From positions 1-53,434 of the forward strand of contig CABZPB010000001.1 in assembly GCA_902527485.1 (NCBI GenBank): a stretch of 53,434 nucleotides of DNA, read 5' to 3'. The DNA is from an uncultured Pelagibacteraceae bacterium (lineage in GTDB: Bacteria; Pseudomonadota; Alphaproteobacteria; Pelagibacterales; Pelagibacteraceae). Positions 45,156-53,434 of the stretch are shown here, one piece after another. The notes below the pieces were generated by a model. The model did no database searches and was not told where the DNA came from. It was given only the letters and a program-made list of their open reading frames with translations. The position numbers were made by a program, and so were the translations under genes. Every line of letters starts with the position of its first letter. The stretch's first letter is position 1.

Positions 45156-46976
45156 ATGTGTGGAATAATAGGGATAAATAGTAATAGACCAGTTTCATCA
45201 ACAATAATTAGCTCTTTAAAAAAATTAGAGTATAGAGGTTACGACTCCGCAGGAATCGCAACACTTTTAAACAATGAAATTAATGAAGTTAAAACAGAGG
45301 GGAGAGTAGATAAACTTGAAAATAATTCATTAGTTCAGAATATGTTGGGAACAATTGGTATCGGTCATGTTCGTTGGGCGACACATGGTTTACCAAATAG
45401 TATTAATGCTCATCCACATTCATCTCAAAATGTTTCTGTTGTACATAATGGAATAATTGAAAACTCAACTTTATTAAAAAAATTTTTAGTTTCTAAGGGC
45501 CATAAATTTAAATCACAAACAGATACTGAAGTAATTGTTCATTTGATTACAGAAAATTTAAAAACAGAAAATATTAAAAACTCAATTAAAAAAGCTTTAA
45601 AATCTCTTCACGGTAGTTTTGCACTTGGAATAATATTTAAAGATCAACCAGATCTAATTGTTGGTGCAAGAAGAGGTTCACCTTTGGCTGTAGGTTATGG
45701 TCCAAATGAAAATTATTTAGGTTCTGATTCTTATGCTTTAAAATCAATGACAAATAAAATTACTTACCTCAATGATGGTGAATTTTGTATTATTAAAAAA
45801 GACCACGTAGAATTTTTTAATGAGGACGGAGTCAAAATTAATAAAAAAGTTTTAGAATTATCTTTAGAGGAAGAAAAATATGACAAAGGTGATTATAAAC
45901 ACTTTATGGCCAAAGAAATAGAAGAACAACCAACCACATTAAAAAATGGAATTAATGAATATTTAGATACAAAAAATGATGATATTAATATTTATAATTT
46001 TCCATGGAAAACTAAAGAAATTTCCTCAGTAACTCTCATTGGTTGTGGAACAGCTTATCATTCTTGTTTGCTCGCAAAATATTGGTTCGAAGAACTTACT
46101 TCATTAGATGTTAATGTAGATATAGCTTCTGAGTTTAGATACAGAAAAAATAGATTTAAAAAAGAAACCTTATATGTATTTGTATCTCAATCTGGTGAAA
46201 CAGCTGATACTTATGCAGCCTTAGATTTGTGTAACCAAAATGATATGAAAACATGTGCAGTTGTAAATGTTATTGAAAGTTCAATTGCTAGAGATTCTAA
46301 ATTTGTTTTGCCAATACATTGTGGAACTGAGATCGGTGTTGCATCTACAAAAGCTTTTTTAGGGCAAATCCTTATATTGTATATCTTAGCTCTAAAACTT
46401 GGATTATTAAGAAAAGATTTAAAAAAAGAGTTATTTGATCAAAAGCTCAAAGATCTAAAATCTCTACCAAAATTAGTAGAAAAAACTTTGTTGATGGATA
46501 ACAAGATACAAACAATATCAAAAACCTTTAACGAAGCTAAAGGTTCAATGTTTTTAGGTAGAGGTTTTTCTTTTCCAATAGCATTAGAAGGTGCATTAAA
46601 ATTAAAAGAATTATCTTATATGCATGCTGAAGGTTATCCAGCCGGTGAAATGAAACATGGACCACTAGCTTTGATAGAGGAGGGGATGCCAGTCGTTGTT
46701 TTAGCTCCAAGAGACAATTATTATAAAAAAACTATTTCGAACATGCAGGAAGTTATTGCAAGAGGGGCAAAAGTTTTATTAGTAACAAATAAAAGTAGTG
46801 ACGAGGTGGTTTCTGAAAATATTTGGGAAAAAATTGAAGTTGAAACTGCTAATGAGGATCTTCTGCCCTTTCTTTTAACAATTCCTTTACAAAAATTAGC
46901 TTATTTTTCAGCACTTAAAAAAGGATTTGATATAGATAAGCCCAGAAATTTAGCTAAATCAGTAACCGTTGAATAA
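45156..46976 (+). CDS. glmS: Glutamine--fructose-6-phosphate aminotransferase
   Basis: MCGIIG, LEYRGYDSAG, RWATHG, SQSGETAD and C-terminal PRNLAKSVTVE motifs. Confidence 0.98.
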   Translation: MCGIIGINSNRPVSSTIISSLKKLEYRGYDSAGIATLLNNEINEVKTEGRVDKLENNSLVQNMLGTIGIGHVRWATHGLPNSINAHPHSSQNVSVVHNGIIENSTLLKKFLVSKGHKFKSQTDTEVIVHLITENLKTENIKNSIKKALKSLHGSFALGIIFKDQPDLIVGARRGSPLAVGYGPNENYLGSDSYALKSMTNKITYLNDGEFCIIKKDHVEFFNEDGVKINKKVLELSLEEEKYDKGDYKHFMAKEIEEQPTTLKNGINEYLDTKNDDINIYNFPWKTKEISSVTLIGCGTAYHSCLLAKYWFEELTSLDVNVDIASEFRYRKNRFKKETLYVFVSQSGETADTYAALDLCNQNDMKTCAVVNVIESSIARDSKFVLPIHCGTEIGVASTKAFLGQILILYILALKLGLLRKDLKKELFDQKLKDLKSLPKLVEKTLLMDNKIQTISKTFNEAKGSMFLGRGFSFPIALEGALKLKELSYMHAEGYPAGEMKHGPLALIEEGMPVVVLAPRDNYYKKTISNMQEVIARGAKVLLVTNKSSDEVVSENIWEKIEVETANEDLLPFLLTIPLQKLAYFSALKKGFDIDKPRNLAKSVTVE

Positions 46977-47011
46977 TAGAAAAACTCTGATACAACAATC
47001 CTGAGTTGAAC

Positions 47012-48391
47012 ATGAAAAATTGGAAAGTAAATAGTTGGAGAAAGTATCCTGTCAAACACATACCAAAGTATGATGATGAGAAGGAACTTAATAGTGTTTT
47101 AAATAAATTAAAAACATTTCCACCACTTGTTTTTGCAGGTGAAACAAGACACCTAAAAGATCAACTTGCTAAAGTAGTTGATGGCAAAGCATTTCTATTA
47201 CAAGGTGGTGACTGCGCAGAAAGTTTTGCAGAATTTCATCCTGATAATATTAGAGATACTTTTAAAGTAATACTTCAAATGGCTTTAGTAATGACATATT
47301 CGGCATCTTTACCTGTTGTAAAACTTGGAAGAATTGCTGGACAGTTTTCTAAGCCAAGAAGTGCCCCAACAGAGAAACAAGGTGATATTGAATTACCAAG
47401 CTATCTAGGTGATAATATTAACGCAATAGACTTTAACGAAAAAGCTAGAAGACCTGATCCAAAAAGAATGTACAAAGCATATTCTCAATCAGCCTCAACA
47501 CTAAATCTTTTGCGAGCATTTTCAAAAGGTGGTTTTGCAGACTTGAACAAAGTTCATTTATGGAATTTAGATTACATTAAAAAAAGTCCACAAGCGAAAA
47601 AGTTTAAAGACTTAGAGGATAAAATTGCTGATGCATTGGCTTTTATGGAAGCATGTGGAATAACCTCAGACTTTAATAATAGATTATATACCGTTAATTT
47701 CTGGACATCACATGAAGCACTTCATTTACCATTTGAGGAAAGTATGACAAGAGTAGACTCAACAACTGGTGAGTATCATGATACGTCTGCTCATTTTGTT
47801 TGGATTGGTGATAGAACAAGACAACTAGACGGTGGACACGTTGAATTTTGTAAAGGAATCGAAAATCCAATTGGAATAAAGTGTGGTCCTACTTCAAAAT
47901 CAGAGGAGATTGCAAAAATTTGTGAGGTATTAAATCCAAAAAATGAAAAAGGAAAAATAACTCTGATTTCCAGATTTGGTCATCAAAATGTTGAAAAGTT
48001 TTTACCGAAGTTAATTAGAAGAATTAGAAAAGAGGGACTTAATGTTATTTGGTCATGTGATCCGATGCATGGTAATACTATTGCATCAACAACCGGATTT
48101 AAAACTAGACCTTTCAATAATGTAGTAAATGAGGTTAAAAATGTTTTTGGTGTTCATCAATCAGAAGGAAGTTATGCAGGTGGTTTGCACGTAGAAATGA
48201 CTGGTCAAGATGTGACAGAGTGCACTGGAGGTGCCAGAAAAATATCTGATGCTGATTTGTCAAGTAGATATCATACACACTGTGATCCAAGACTAAATTC
48301 TGATCAAGCTTTAGAATTGGCTTTTTTGATTTCTGATGAAATTAAAAAGAACTCTAATTACGCAAAAAATATTATTAAAGCTGCCTCTTAA
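47012..48391 (+). CDS. Class II DAHP synthase
   Basis: LLQGGDCAESF, GRIAGQFSKPRS, WIGDRTR, CDPMHGNT and CDPRLN motifs. Confidence 0.96.
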   Translation: MKNWKVNSWRKYPVKHIPKYDDEKELNSVLNKLKTFPPLVFAGETRHLKDQLAKVVDGKAFLLQGGDCAESFAEFHPDNIRDTFKVILQMALVMTYSASLPVVKLGRIAGQFSKPRSAPTEKQGDIELPSYLGDNINAIDFNEKARRPDPKRMYKAYSQSASTLNLLRAFSKGGFADLNKVHLWNLDYIKKSPQAKKFKDLEDKIADALAFMEACGITSDFNNRLYTVNFWTSHEALHLPFEESMTRVDSTTGEYHDTSAHFVWIGDRTRQLDGGHVEFCKGIENPIGIKCGPTSKSEEIAKICEVLNPKNEKGKITLISRFGHQNVEKFLPKLIRRIRKEGLNVIWSCDPMHGNTIASTTGFKTRPFNNVVNEVKNVFGVHQSEGSYAGGLHVEMTGQDVTECTGGARKISDADLSSRYHTHCDPRLNSDQALELAFLISDEIKKNSNYAKNIIKAAS

Positions 48392-48470
48392 AGCTTATTA
48401 ATCAAATAGGCTAATTAAGTATGACTATTATTATTATACAATTTTATCTATAAGTAATTATATCTTAAAT

Positions 48471-50129
48471 ATGGACAAAAAATTAAAAATCGCTTTAGCA
48501 CAATTAAATCCCTTAGTTGGGGATGTTGTAGGAAATATTGATAAACTAATAACAATTAGATCCAAATTAGACGACGACATAGATGTATTAGTTGCACCAG
48601 AACTTTATGTGTCGGGATATCCAATAGATGACTTAGTTTTAAGAGAGGATTTTCTAAATTTAGTTGAGAGTGAAATAAAAAAGCTCGTAGAAACTACAAA
48701 AGACGAAAAATCATCAATAATTTTTGGTGCACCACGAAAAGACAGAACAGACATTAAAAATTCTGTATTTGTAGCTGAAAATGGAAAAATTATTGCAATA
48801 AAAGATAAGTATGAGCTTCCTAATACAGGAGTTTTTGATGAACAAAGAATATTTACTGAGGGTAAATTAGAAGATTGCGTGAGAATAAAAGATATAAGAT
48901 TTGGATTACCAATTTGTGAGGATATTTGGGAAAAAACAGTTCTTGAAAAATTATCAGAGTCAGGGGCAGAGATAATTATTGCAATTAATGCTTCACCCTT
49001 TACAGTTTCTAAAAGTTTTGAAAGAGAGCATATAACCTTAGCAAGAGTTAAAGAAATAAAACTGCCACTTATCTATCTTAATAGAATTGGTGGACAAGAT
49101 GAATTAATATTTGATGGTTCCTCTTTTGGCTTAAATCATGATGGAAGTAAATTTTTCTGCTCAAAAGAATTCAAAGAGGAAATTTCAGTCATAAATCTTT
49201 TAAAACAAAATGGAAAATGGATAGGCAATGGAAATCAAAGAAAAAATTCTTCTGAAACAGAAAGATTGTACAAAGCCTTAGTTTTAGGATTGAGAGATTA
49301 TGTAAATAACAACAAATTTAATGGAGTTGTATTAGGTTTATCCGGTGGTGTTGACTCCGCCCTAGTTGCAGCAATAGCAACTGATGCATTTGGTTCAGAA
49401 ATGGTGCAAGCAATAATGCTCCCAAGTCCTTTTACAGGTCAAGAGAGTCTTAATGATGCGAAAGATGCAGCTAATCTTTTAAAGATTAAATTTTCAAATT
49501 TAGAAATTAGTGAAGCCATGAGAATTGTTGATAAAACTTTAGTAAAATTTAATGGAAATAATTTTTCTCCTGGTATCACTGAAGAAAATATTCAGTCAAG
49601 ATTGAGGGGTTTACTTTTAATGGCCTTATCAAACAGATATGGCTATATGGTATTAGCTACTGGAAATAAATCAGAATATGCTGTTGGGTATTCAACTTTG
49701 TATGGTGATATGTGTGGAGGTTTCGCACCTATCAAAGATGTTTGGAAAACTGAGGTTTTTAAATTATGTAGATGGAGAAATGAAAATTTTTCTGACCTGT
49801 TTAAAGGCCAAAAAGGACAAGTAATTCCAGAAAACATCATAACAAAACCACCAACAGCTGAATTGAAAGAAAATCAAAAGGATACTGATAGTTTACCAGA
49901 ATACGAAATTTTAGACGAAATTTTAAAAGATTTAGTTGAAAAAGAGATTTCAGTTGAGAAAATTGTATCAAAAGGCTTTGACAGAAAAGTTGTCGAAAAA
50001 ACAGCTCGTCTATTAGCTAAATCTGAATACAAAAGGTTTCAAGCAGCACCAGGACCAAAAGTAACTTCAAAGGCTTTTGGGAGAGATAGAAGATTTCCGC
50101 TTACAAGCGGTTTTAATAATTGGAGCTAA
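48471..50129 (+). CDS. nadE: Glutamine-dependent NAD+ synthetase
   Basis: Nitrilase domain (PEL, K..LPN, ICEDIW) plus LSGGVDSA, ENIQSR, TGNKSE and TLYGD. Confidence 0.96.
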   Translation: MDKKLKIALAQLNPLVGDVVGNIDKLITIRSKLDDDIDVLVAPELYVSGYPIDDLVLREDFLNLVESEIKKLVETTKDEKSSIIFGAPRKDRTDIKNSVFVAENGKIIAIKDKYELPNTGVFDEQRIFTEGKLEDCVRIKDIRFGLPICEDIWEKTVLEKLSESGAEIIIAINASPFTVSKSFEREHITLARVKEIKLPLIYLNRIGGQDELIFDGSSFGLNHDGSKFFCSKEFKEEISVINLLKQNGKWIGNGNQRKNSSETERLYKALVLGLRDYVNNNKFNGVVLGLSGGVDSALVAAIATDAFGSEMVQAIMLPSPFTGQESLNDAKDAANLLKIKFSNLEISEAMRIVDKTLVKFNGNNFSPGITEENIQSRLRGLLLMALSNRYGYMVLATGNKSEYAVGYSTLYGDMCGGFAPIKDVWKTEVFKLCRWRNENFSDLFKGQKGQVIPENIITKPPTAELKENQKDTDSLPEYEILDEILKDLVEKEISVEKIVSKGFDRKVVEKTARLLAKSEYKRFQAAPGPKVTSKAFGRDRRFPLTSGFNNWS

Positions 50130-51491
50130 ATGAATAAAGATATTTTTTTATCAAATAGTTTAGGCAATAAGAAAGAAAAATTTAATCCAATTGATCCAAA
50201 AAATATCGGAATGTATGTATGTGGTCCAACAGTGTATGATGATCCTCATGTTGGGAATGCGAGACCATTAATAATTTTTGATATATTGTTTAAGGTTTTA
50301 AAATGTAAATATGGAAATAAGTCGGTTACGTATGTTCGAAATATTACTGATATTGATGATAAAATTATCAAATCATCCGAAGAAAAAAAAATTCCAATTG
50401 CTGAATTAACTTCAAATATTACAAAAAAATTTCATGAAGATTGTAATTATTTAAATTGCGAAACACCAACTCACGAACCTAAAGCTACTGATAATATTGA
50501 TTTAATGATTGATATGATAAACGAATTAATTAAAAGCGAATATGCTTATGAGAGTGAAAAGCATGTTTATTTTAAGATAAAAAAATTTAGAAATTACGGT
50601 ATGCTCTCAAATAAAAATATTGATGATTTGATAGCAGGTTCAAGGGTAGAATTATCTGAAAACAAGCAAAATCCAGAAGATTTTGTATTATGGAAACCAT
50701 CAGTTGGCACCGAACCATTTTGGGACTCTCCTTGGGGTAAAGGAAGACCTGGATGGCATTTAGAATGTTCAGTAATGTCAAAAAAATATTTAGGTAATAC
50801 TTTTGATATACATGGAGGAGGTAGAGATTTAATATTTCCTCATCATGAAAATGAGATTGCACAGTCGTTATGCGCAAATAAAACAAAAAAATTTGCAAAT
50901 TATTGGGTACACAATAATTTTGTAACTATGTCGAGCGAAAAAATGTCCAAATCACAAGGAAATATTTTAAAGATAAGTGATTTAAAAAAAAAATATAATG
51001 GTCAAGTCTTAAGATTAGCTCTAATTAGCGCTCACTACAGTCAGCCACTAGATTGGAATGAAAAACTTATGGAAGAATGTGAAAAAACTCTAAACAAATG
51101 GTATAATTGCTATGTTAATGTTGATAAAAAAATATTGATACATGATAATGACCTAAAACCTTTGTATGATGACTTAAATACACCGGGCTTTATTGCAGTA
51201 CTGCATGAGCTTTTTGATAAGGCTAAAAATGGTGATCAAAAAGACAAAGAACTATTTACAACTGCATGTAAATTTATTGGACTTTTAAGTCAATCAAAAG
51301 AAGAGTGGAATAGCTTTAGAAAGAGAAATCTGAAAATTTCTGAAAAAGATATTCTATCAAAAATTAAACAAAGAAATGATGCTAGAATTAAAAAAAATTA
51401 TGAATTAGCAGATAAAATTAGAGATGAGTTATTTGATGAAGGTATTTTAATTGAAGATGAGGATGGTAAAACAATTTGGAAATCTAAATGA
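50130..51491 (+). CDS. cysS: Cysteinyl-tRNA synthetase
   Basis: YVCGPTVY, HVGN, GRPGWHLEC, HGGG.DL.FPHHENE and KMSKS motifs. Confidence 0.98.
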   Translation: MNKDIFLSNSLGNKKEKFNPIDPKNIGMYVCGPTVYDDPHVGNARPLIIFDILFKVLKCKYGNKSVTYVRNITDIDDKIIKSSEEKKIPIAELTSNITKKFHEDCNYLNCETPTHEPKATDNIDLMIDMINELIKSEYAYESEKHVYFKIKKFRNYGMLSNKNIDDLIAGSRVELSENKQNPEDFVLWKPSVGTEPFWDSPWGKGRPGWHLECSVMSKKYLGNTFDIHGGGRDLIFPHHENEIAQSLCANKTKKFANYWVHNNFVTMSSEKMSKSQGNILKISDLKKKYNGQVLRLALISAHYSQPLDWNEKLMEECEKTLNKWYNCYVNVDKKILIHDNDLKPLYDDLNTPGFIAVLHELFDKAKNGDQKDKELFTTACKFIGLLSQSKEEWNSFRKRNLKISEKDILSKIKQRNDARIKKNYELADKIRDELFDEGILIEDEDGKTIWKSK

Positions 51492-53089
51492 GTAAAGAGA
51501 GATTATATATTTTTGACACGACATTAAGAGATGGCGCTCAAACTCAAGGTGTAGATTTTTCATTAGAGGATAAGGAAAAAATTGCTTTAACTTTAGACAA
51601 TCTGGGTGTGGATTATATAGAGGCAGGTTGGCCTGGAGCTAATCCAACCGATACAGAATTTTTTCAAAAGAAACATGACTTTAAAAACTCAAAACTAACA
51701 TCTTTTGGTATGACTAAGAAATCAGGACGTAGTGCTGAAAATGATACTGGTTTATCTGCAATTATGAATTCAAATACTTCTGCTGTTTGTTTAGTCGGCA
51801 AGTCTTGGGATTTTCATGTTGATCTCGCGTTGGGAATAACAAATGAAGAAAATTTGAATAATATTTCTGAGAGCGCTAAACATTTTATTAAAGCAAAAAA
51901 AGAGTTCATGTTTGATGCAGAGCATTTTTTTGATGGTTACAAAGCAAATCCAAAGTATGCACTTTCCTGTATCAAAGCTGCTTATGACCAAGGTGCAAGG
52001 TGGGTCATACTGTGTGATACAAATGGAGGAACACTTCCACATGAAGTTACACAGATAGTCAGTGAGGTTGCAAAAGAAGTACCAGGAAAAAACTTAGGAA
52101 TTCACGCTCATAACGATACCGGTAACGCAGTTGCTAATTCATTAGCAGCAGTATTGTCTGGAGTTAGACAAATTCAAGGTACAATAAATGGGTTAGGCGA
52201 GAGATGTGGAAATGCAAATTTAATGTCATTAATTCCAACATTTTTTTTAAAGAAAGATTTTTCATCTCAGTTTGAAATTGGAATAAAATCAAAAAACGTT
52301 AAAAATCTTACTGATTGCTCAAGACTTTTAGATGAAATTTTAAATAGAAAACCTAATCAACATTTACCTTATGTAGGTGCTGCAGCTTTTTCACATAAAG
52401 GAGGATTACATGTATCTGCTGTGCAAAAAGATCCAAAAACTTATGAACACATCAACCCAGAGGAAGTTGGCAACACAAGAAATATTGTTATCTCTGATCA
52501 GTCAGGAAAGTCAAATATTATCTCAAGATTAAAAAGTATCAAAATTGATATTAAAGAAAATGATCCAAAAATTAAAAAATTATTAGATGAAGTAAAAGAC
52601 AGAGAATTCATTGGTTATAGTTATGATGGTGCTGATGCATCATTTGAATTATTAGCTAGAAGAATTATCGGAGAAATACCAAGATACATATCAATTAATG
52701 AATATGATGTTTCAGTTAAAAAAAATAAATCTGGCAAAATAGTTTCTTCTGCAAAAGCTCAATTGGAAGTTGATGGAGAAAAAATTATGTGTGAGGGAGA
52801 AGGAAATGGTCCAGTTAATGCTTTGGATAATGCCATCAGACAAAATGTTGATAAATTAGTAAAATACTCAAAATACTTAAAAGATTTAAAGCTTGTGGAC
52901 TATAAAGTTAGAATCTTAAATACAGGAACTGAGGCTGTAACAAGAGTATCAATTGAAAGCACAGACTCTCATGGAAAAAATTGGTTTACTATTGGTGTGT
53001 CTACAAACATTATTGATGCATCATTCAAAGCATTAATTGATAGTTTAGATTATAAATTATTCAAAGATAATGCACCTGCAAGTAAATAA
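51488..53089 (+). CDS. cimA: Citramalate synthase
   Basis: DTTLRDGAQ, GWPGANP, DAEHFFDG, HAHND, GERCGNA and HKGGLH motifs. Confidence 0.92.
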   Translation: MSKERLYIFDTTLRDGAQTQGVDFSLEDKEKIALTLDNLGVDYIEAGWPGANPTDTEFFQKKHDFKNSKLTSFGMTKKSGRSAENDTGLSAIMNSNTSAVCLVGKSWDFHVDLALGITNEENLNNISESAKHFIKAKKEFMFDAEHFFDGYKANPKYALSCIKAAYDQGARWVILCDTNGGTLPHEVTQIVSEVAKEVPGKNLGIHAHNDTGNAVANSLAAVLSGVRQIQGTINGLGERCGNANLMSLIPTFFLKKDFSSQFEIGIKSKNVKNLTDCSRLLDEILNRKPNQHLPYVGAAAFSHKGGLHVSAVQKDPKTYEHINPEEVGNTRNIVISDQSGKSNIISRLKSIKIDIKENDPKIKKLLDEVKDREFIGYSYDGADASFELLARRIIGEIPRYISINEYDVSVKKNKSGKIVSSAKAQLEVDGEKIMCEGEGNGPVNALDNAIRQNVDKLVKYSKYLKDLKLVDYKVRILNTGTEAVTRVSIESTDSHGKNWFTIGVSTNIIDASFKALIDSLDYKLFKDNAPASK

Positions 53090-53434
53090 ATGAGTAAAAA
53101 TAATATCTCATTTATTCTAAATAAACCCCAATTATCAGAAAATATTGGTGCTTGTGCTAGAGCAATTAAAAACTTTAATTTTAAGAAAATGGTTTTAATT
53201 AATCCTAAACCTATTTTTCCTAACGACAAAATCGTTGCCACGTCAGTTGGAGCCAAAGATGTTATTAAAAAAAGTAAAAAATATAATAATTTAGAGAAGG
53301 CCATAAGCAAAATTGATATCGTCATTGCCACTTCGGCAAGATTTAGAAATAAAAATATTAAACATATAAATTTAAGTGACTTAAAAGATATTAATTTTAA
53401 GAGGAAAATTGGTTTTTTATTTGGTTCAGAGGCA
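53090..53434 (+). CDS. TrmJ/LasT-type SPOUT RNA methyltransferase, N-terminal fragment (runs off the window)
   Basis: ATG 53090 gives ...PQLSENIGACARAIKNF...NP...ATSAR...FLFGSE. Not in the ORF track because it is partial. Confidence 0.88.
   Translation, partial: MSKNNISFILNKPQLSENIGACARAIKNFNFKKMVLINPKPIFPNDKIVATSVGAKDVIKKSKKYNNLEKAISKIDIVIATSARFRNKNIKHINLSDLKDINFKRKIGFLFGSEA

Noticed and set aside
1078-53331. Short ORFs nested in or antisense to real genes (1078, 8698, 8873, 13127, 14184, 15021, 17248, 21527, 22927, 23464, 25231, 25725, 28647, 29217, 40370, 40968, 49643, 50587, 51791, 53050)
   Set aside because: Shadow frames lying within well-supported genes, with no motifs. The 53050-53331 ORF is antisense to the TrmJ-like gene.
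1-53434. Riboswitches known from SAR11 (glycine, SAM-V, TPP)
   Set aside because: No matching consensus was recognised in any intergenic region by eye; an Rfam scan would be needed to exclude them.

Overview
Very AT-rich, extremely gene-dense alphaproteobacterial chromosome segment. Intergenic gaps of only a few bp and the gene content point to SAR11 / Candidatus Pelagibacter (inference). Contents in order: the ald 3' end; a GcvT-family FAD oxidoreductase; a BASS symporter; an uncharacterised module (tandem winged-helix protein, phased direct repeats and two paralogous tail-anchored small proteins) beside a tRNA-Met(CAT); a small AT-rich glycosylation cassette (GT-C, epimerase, rfbAB, GT2); an apt/mtnP/mtnA/class II aldolase/speD-speE-fusion cluster followed by a basic amino-acid ABC transporter; envelope glycosyltransferases; a cis-CaaD-type tautomerase; rpoZ; a family III CoA transferase with a TRAP transporter; dusA; a TPR-glycosyltransferase; a charged coiled-coil protein; pmm/pgm; class I nrdAB with candidate LexA and NrdR boxes; prpDBC; gph; a half (acetyltransferase-only) glmU with glmS; class II DAHP synthase; nadE; cysS; cimA; and the start of a TrmJ-type methyltransferase. 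No CRISPR array, integrase, transposase, prophage or rRNA gene was seen. All calls come from reading motifs by eye; no database searches were run.
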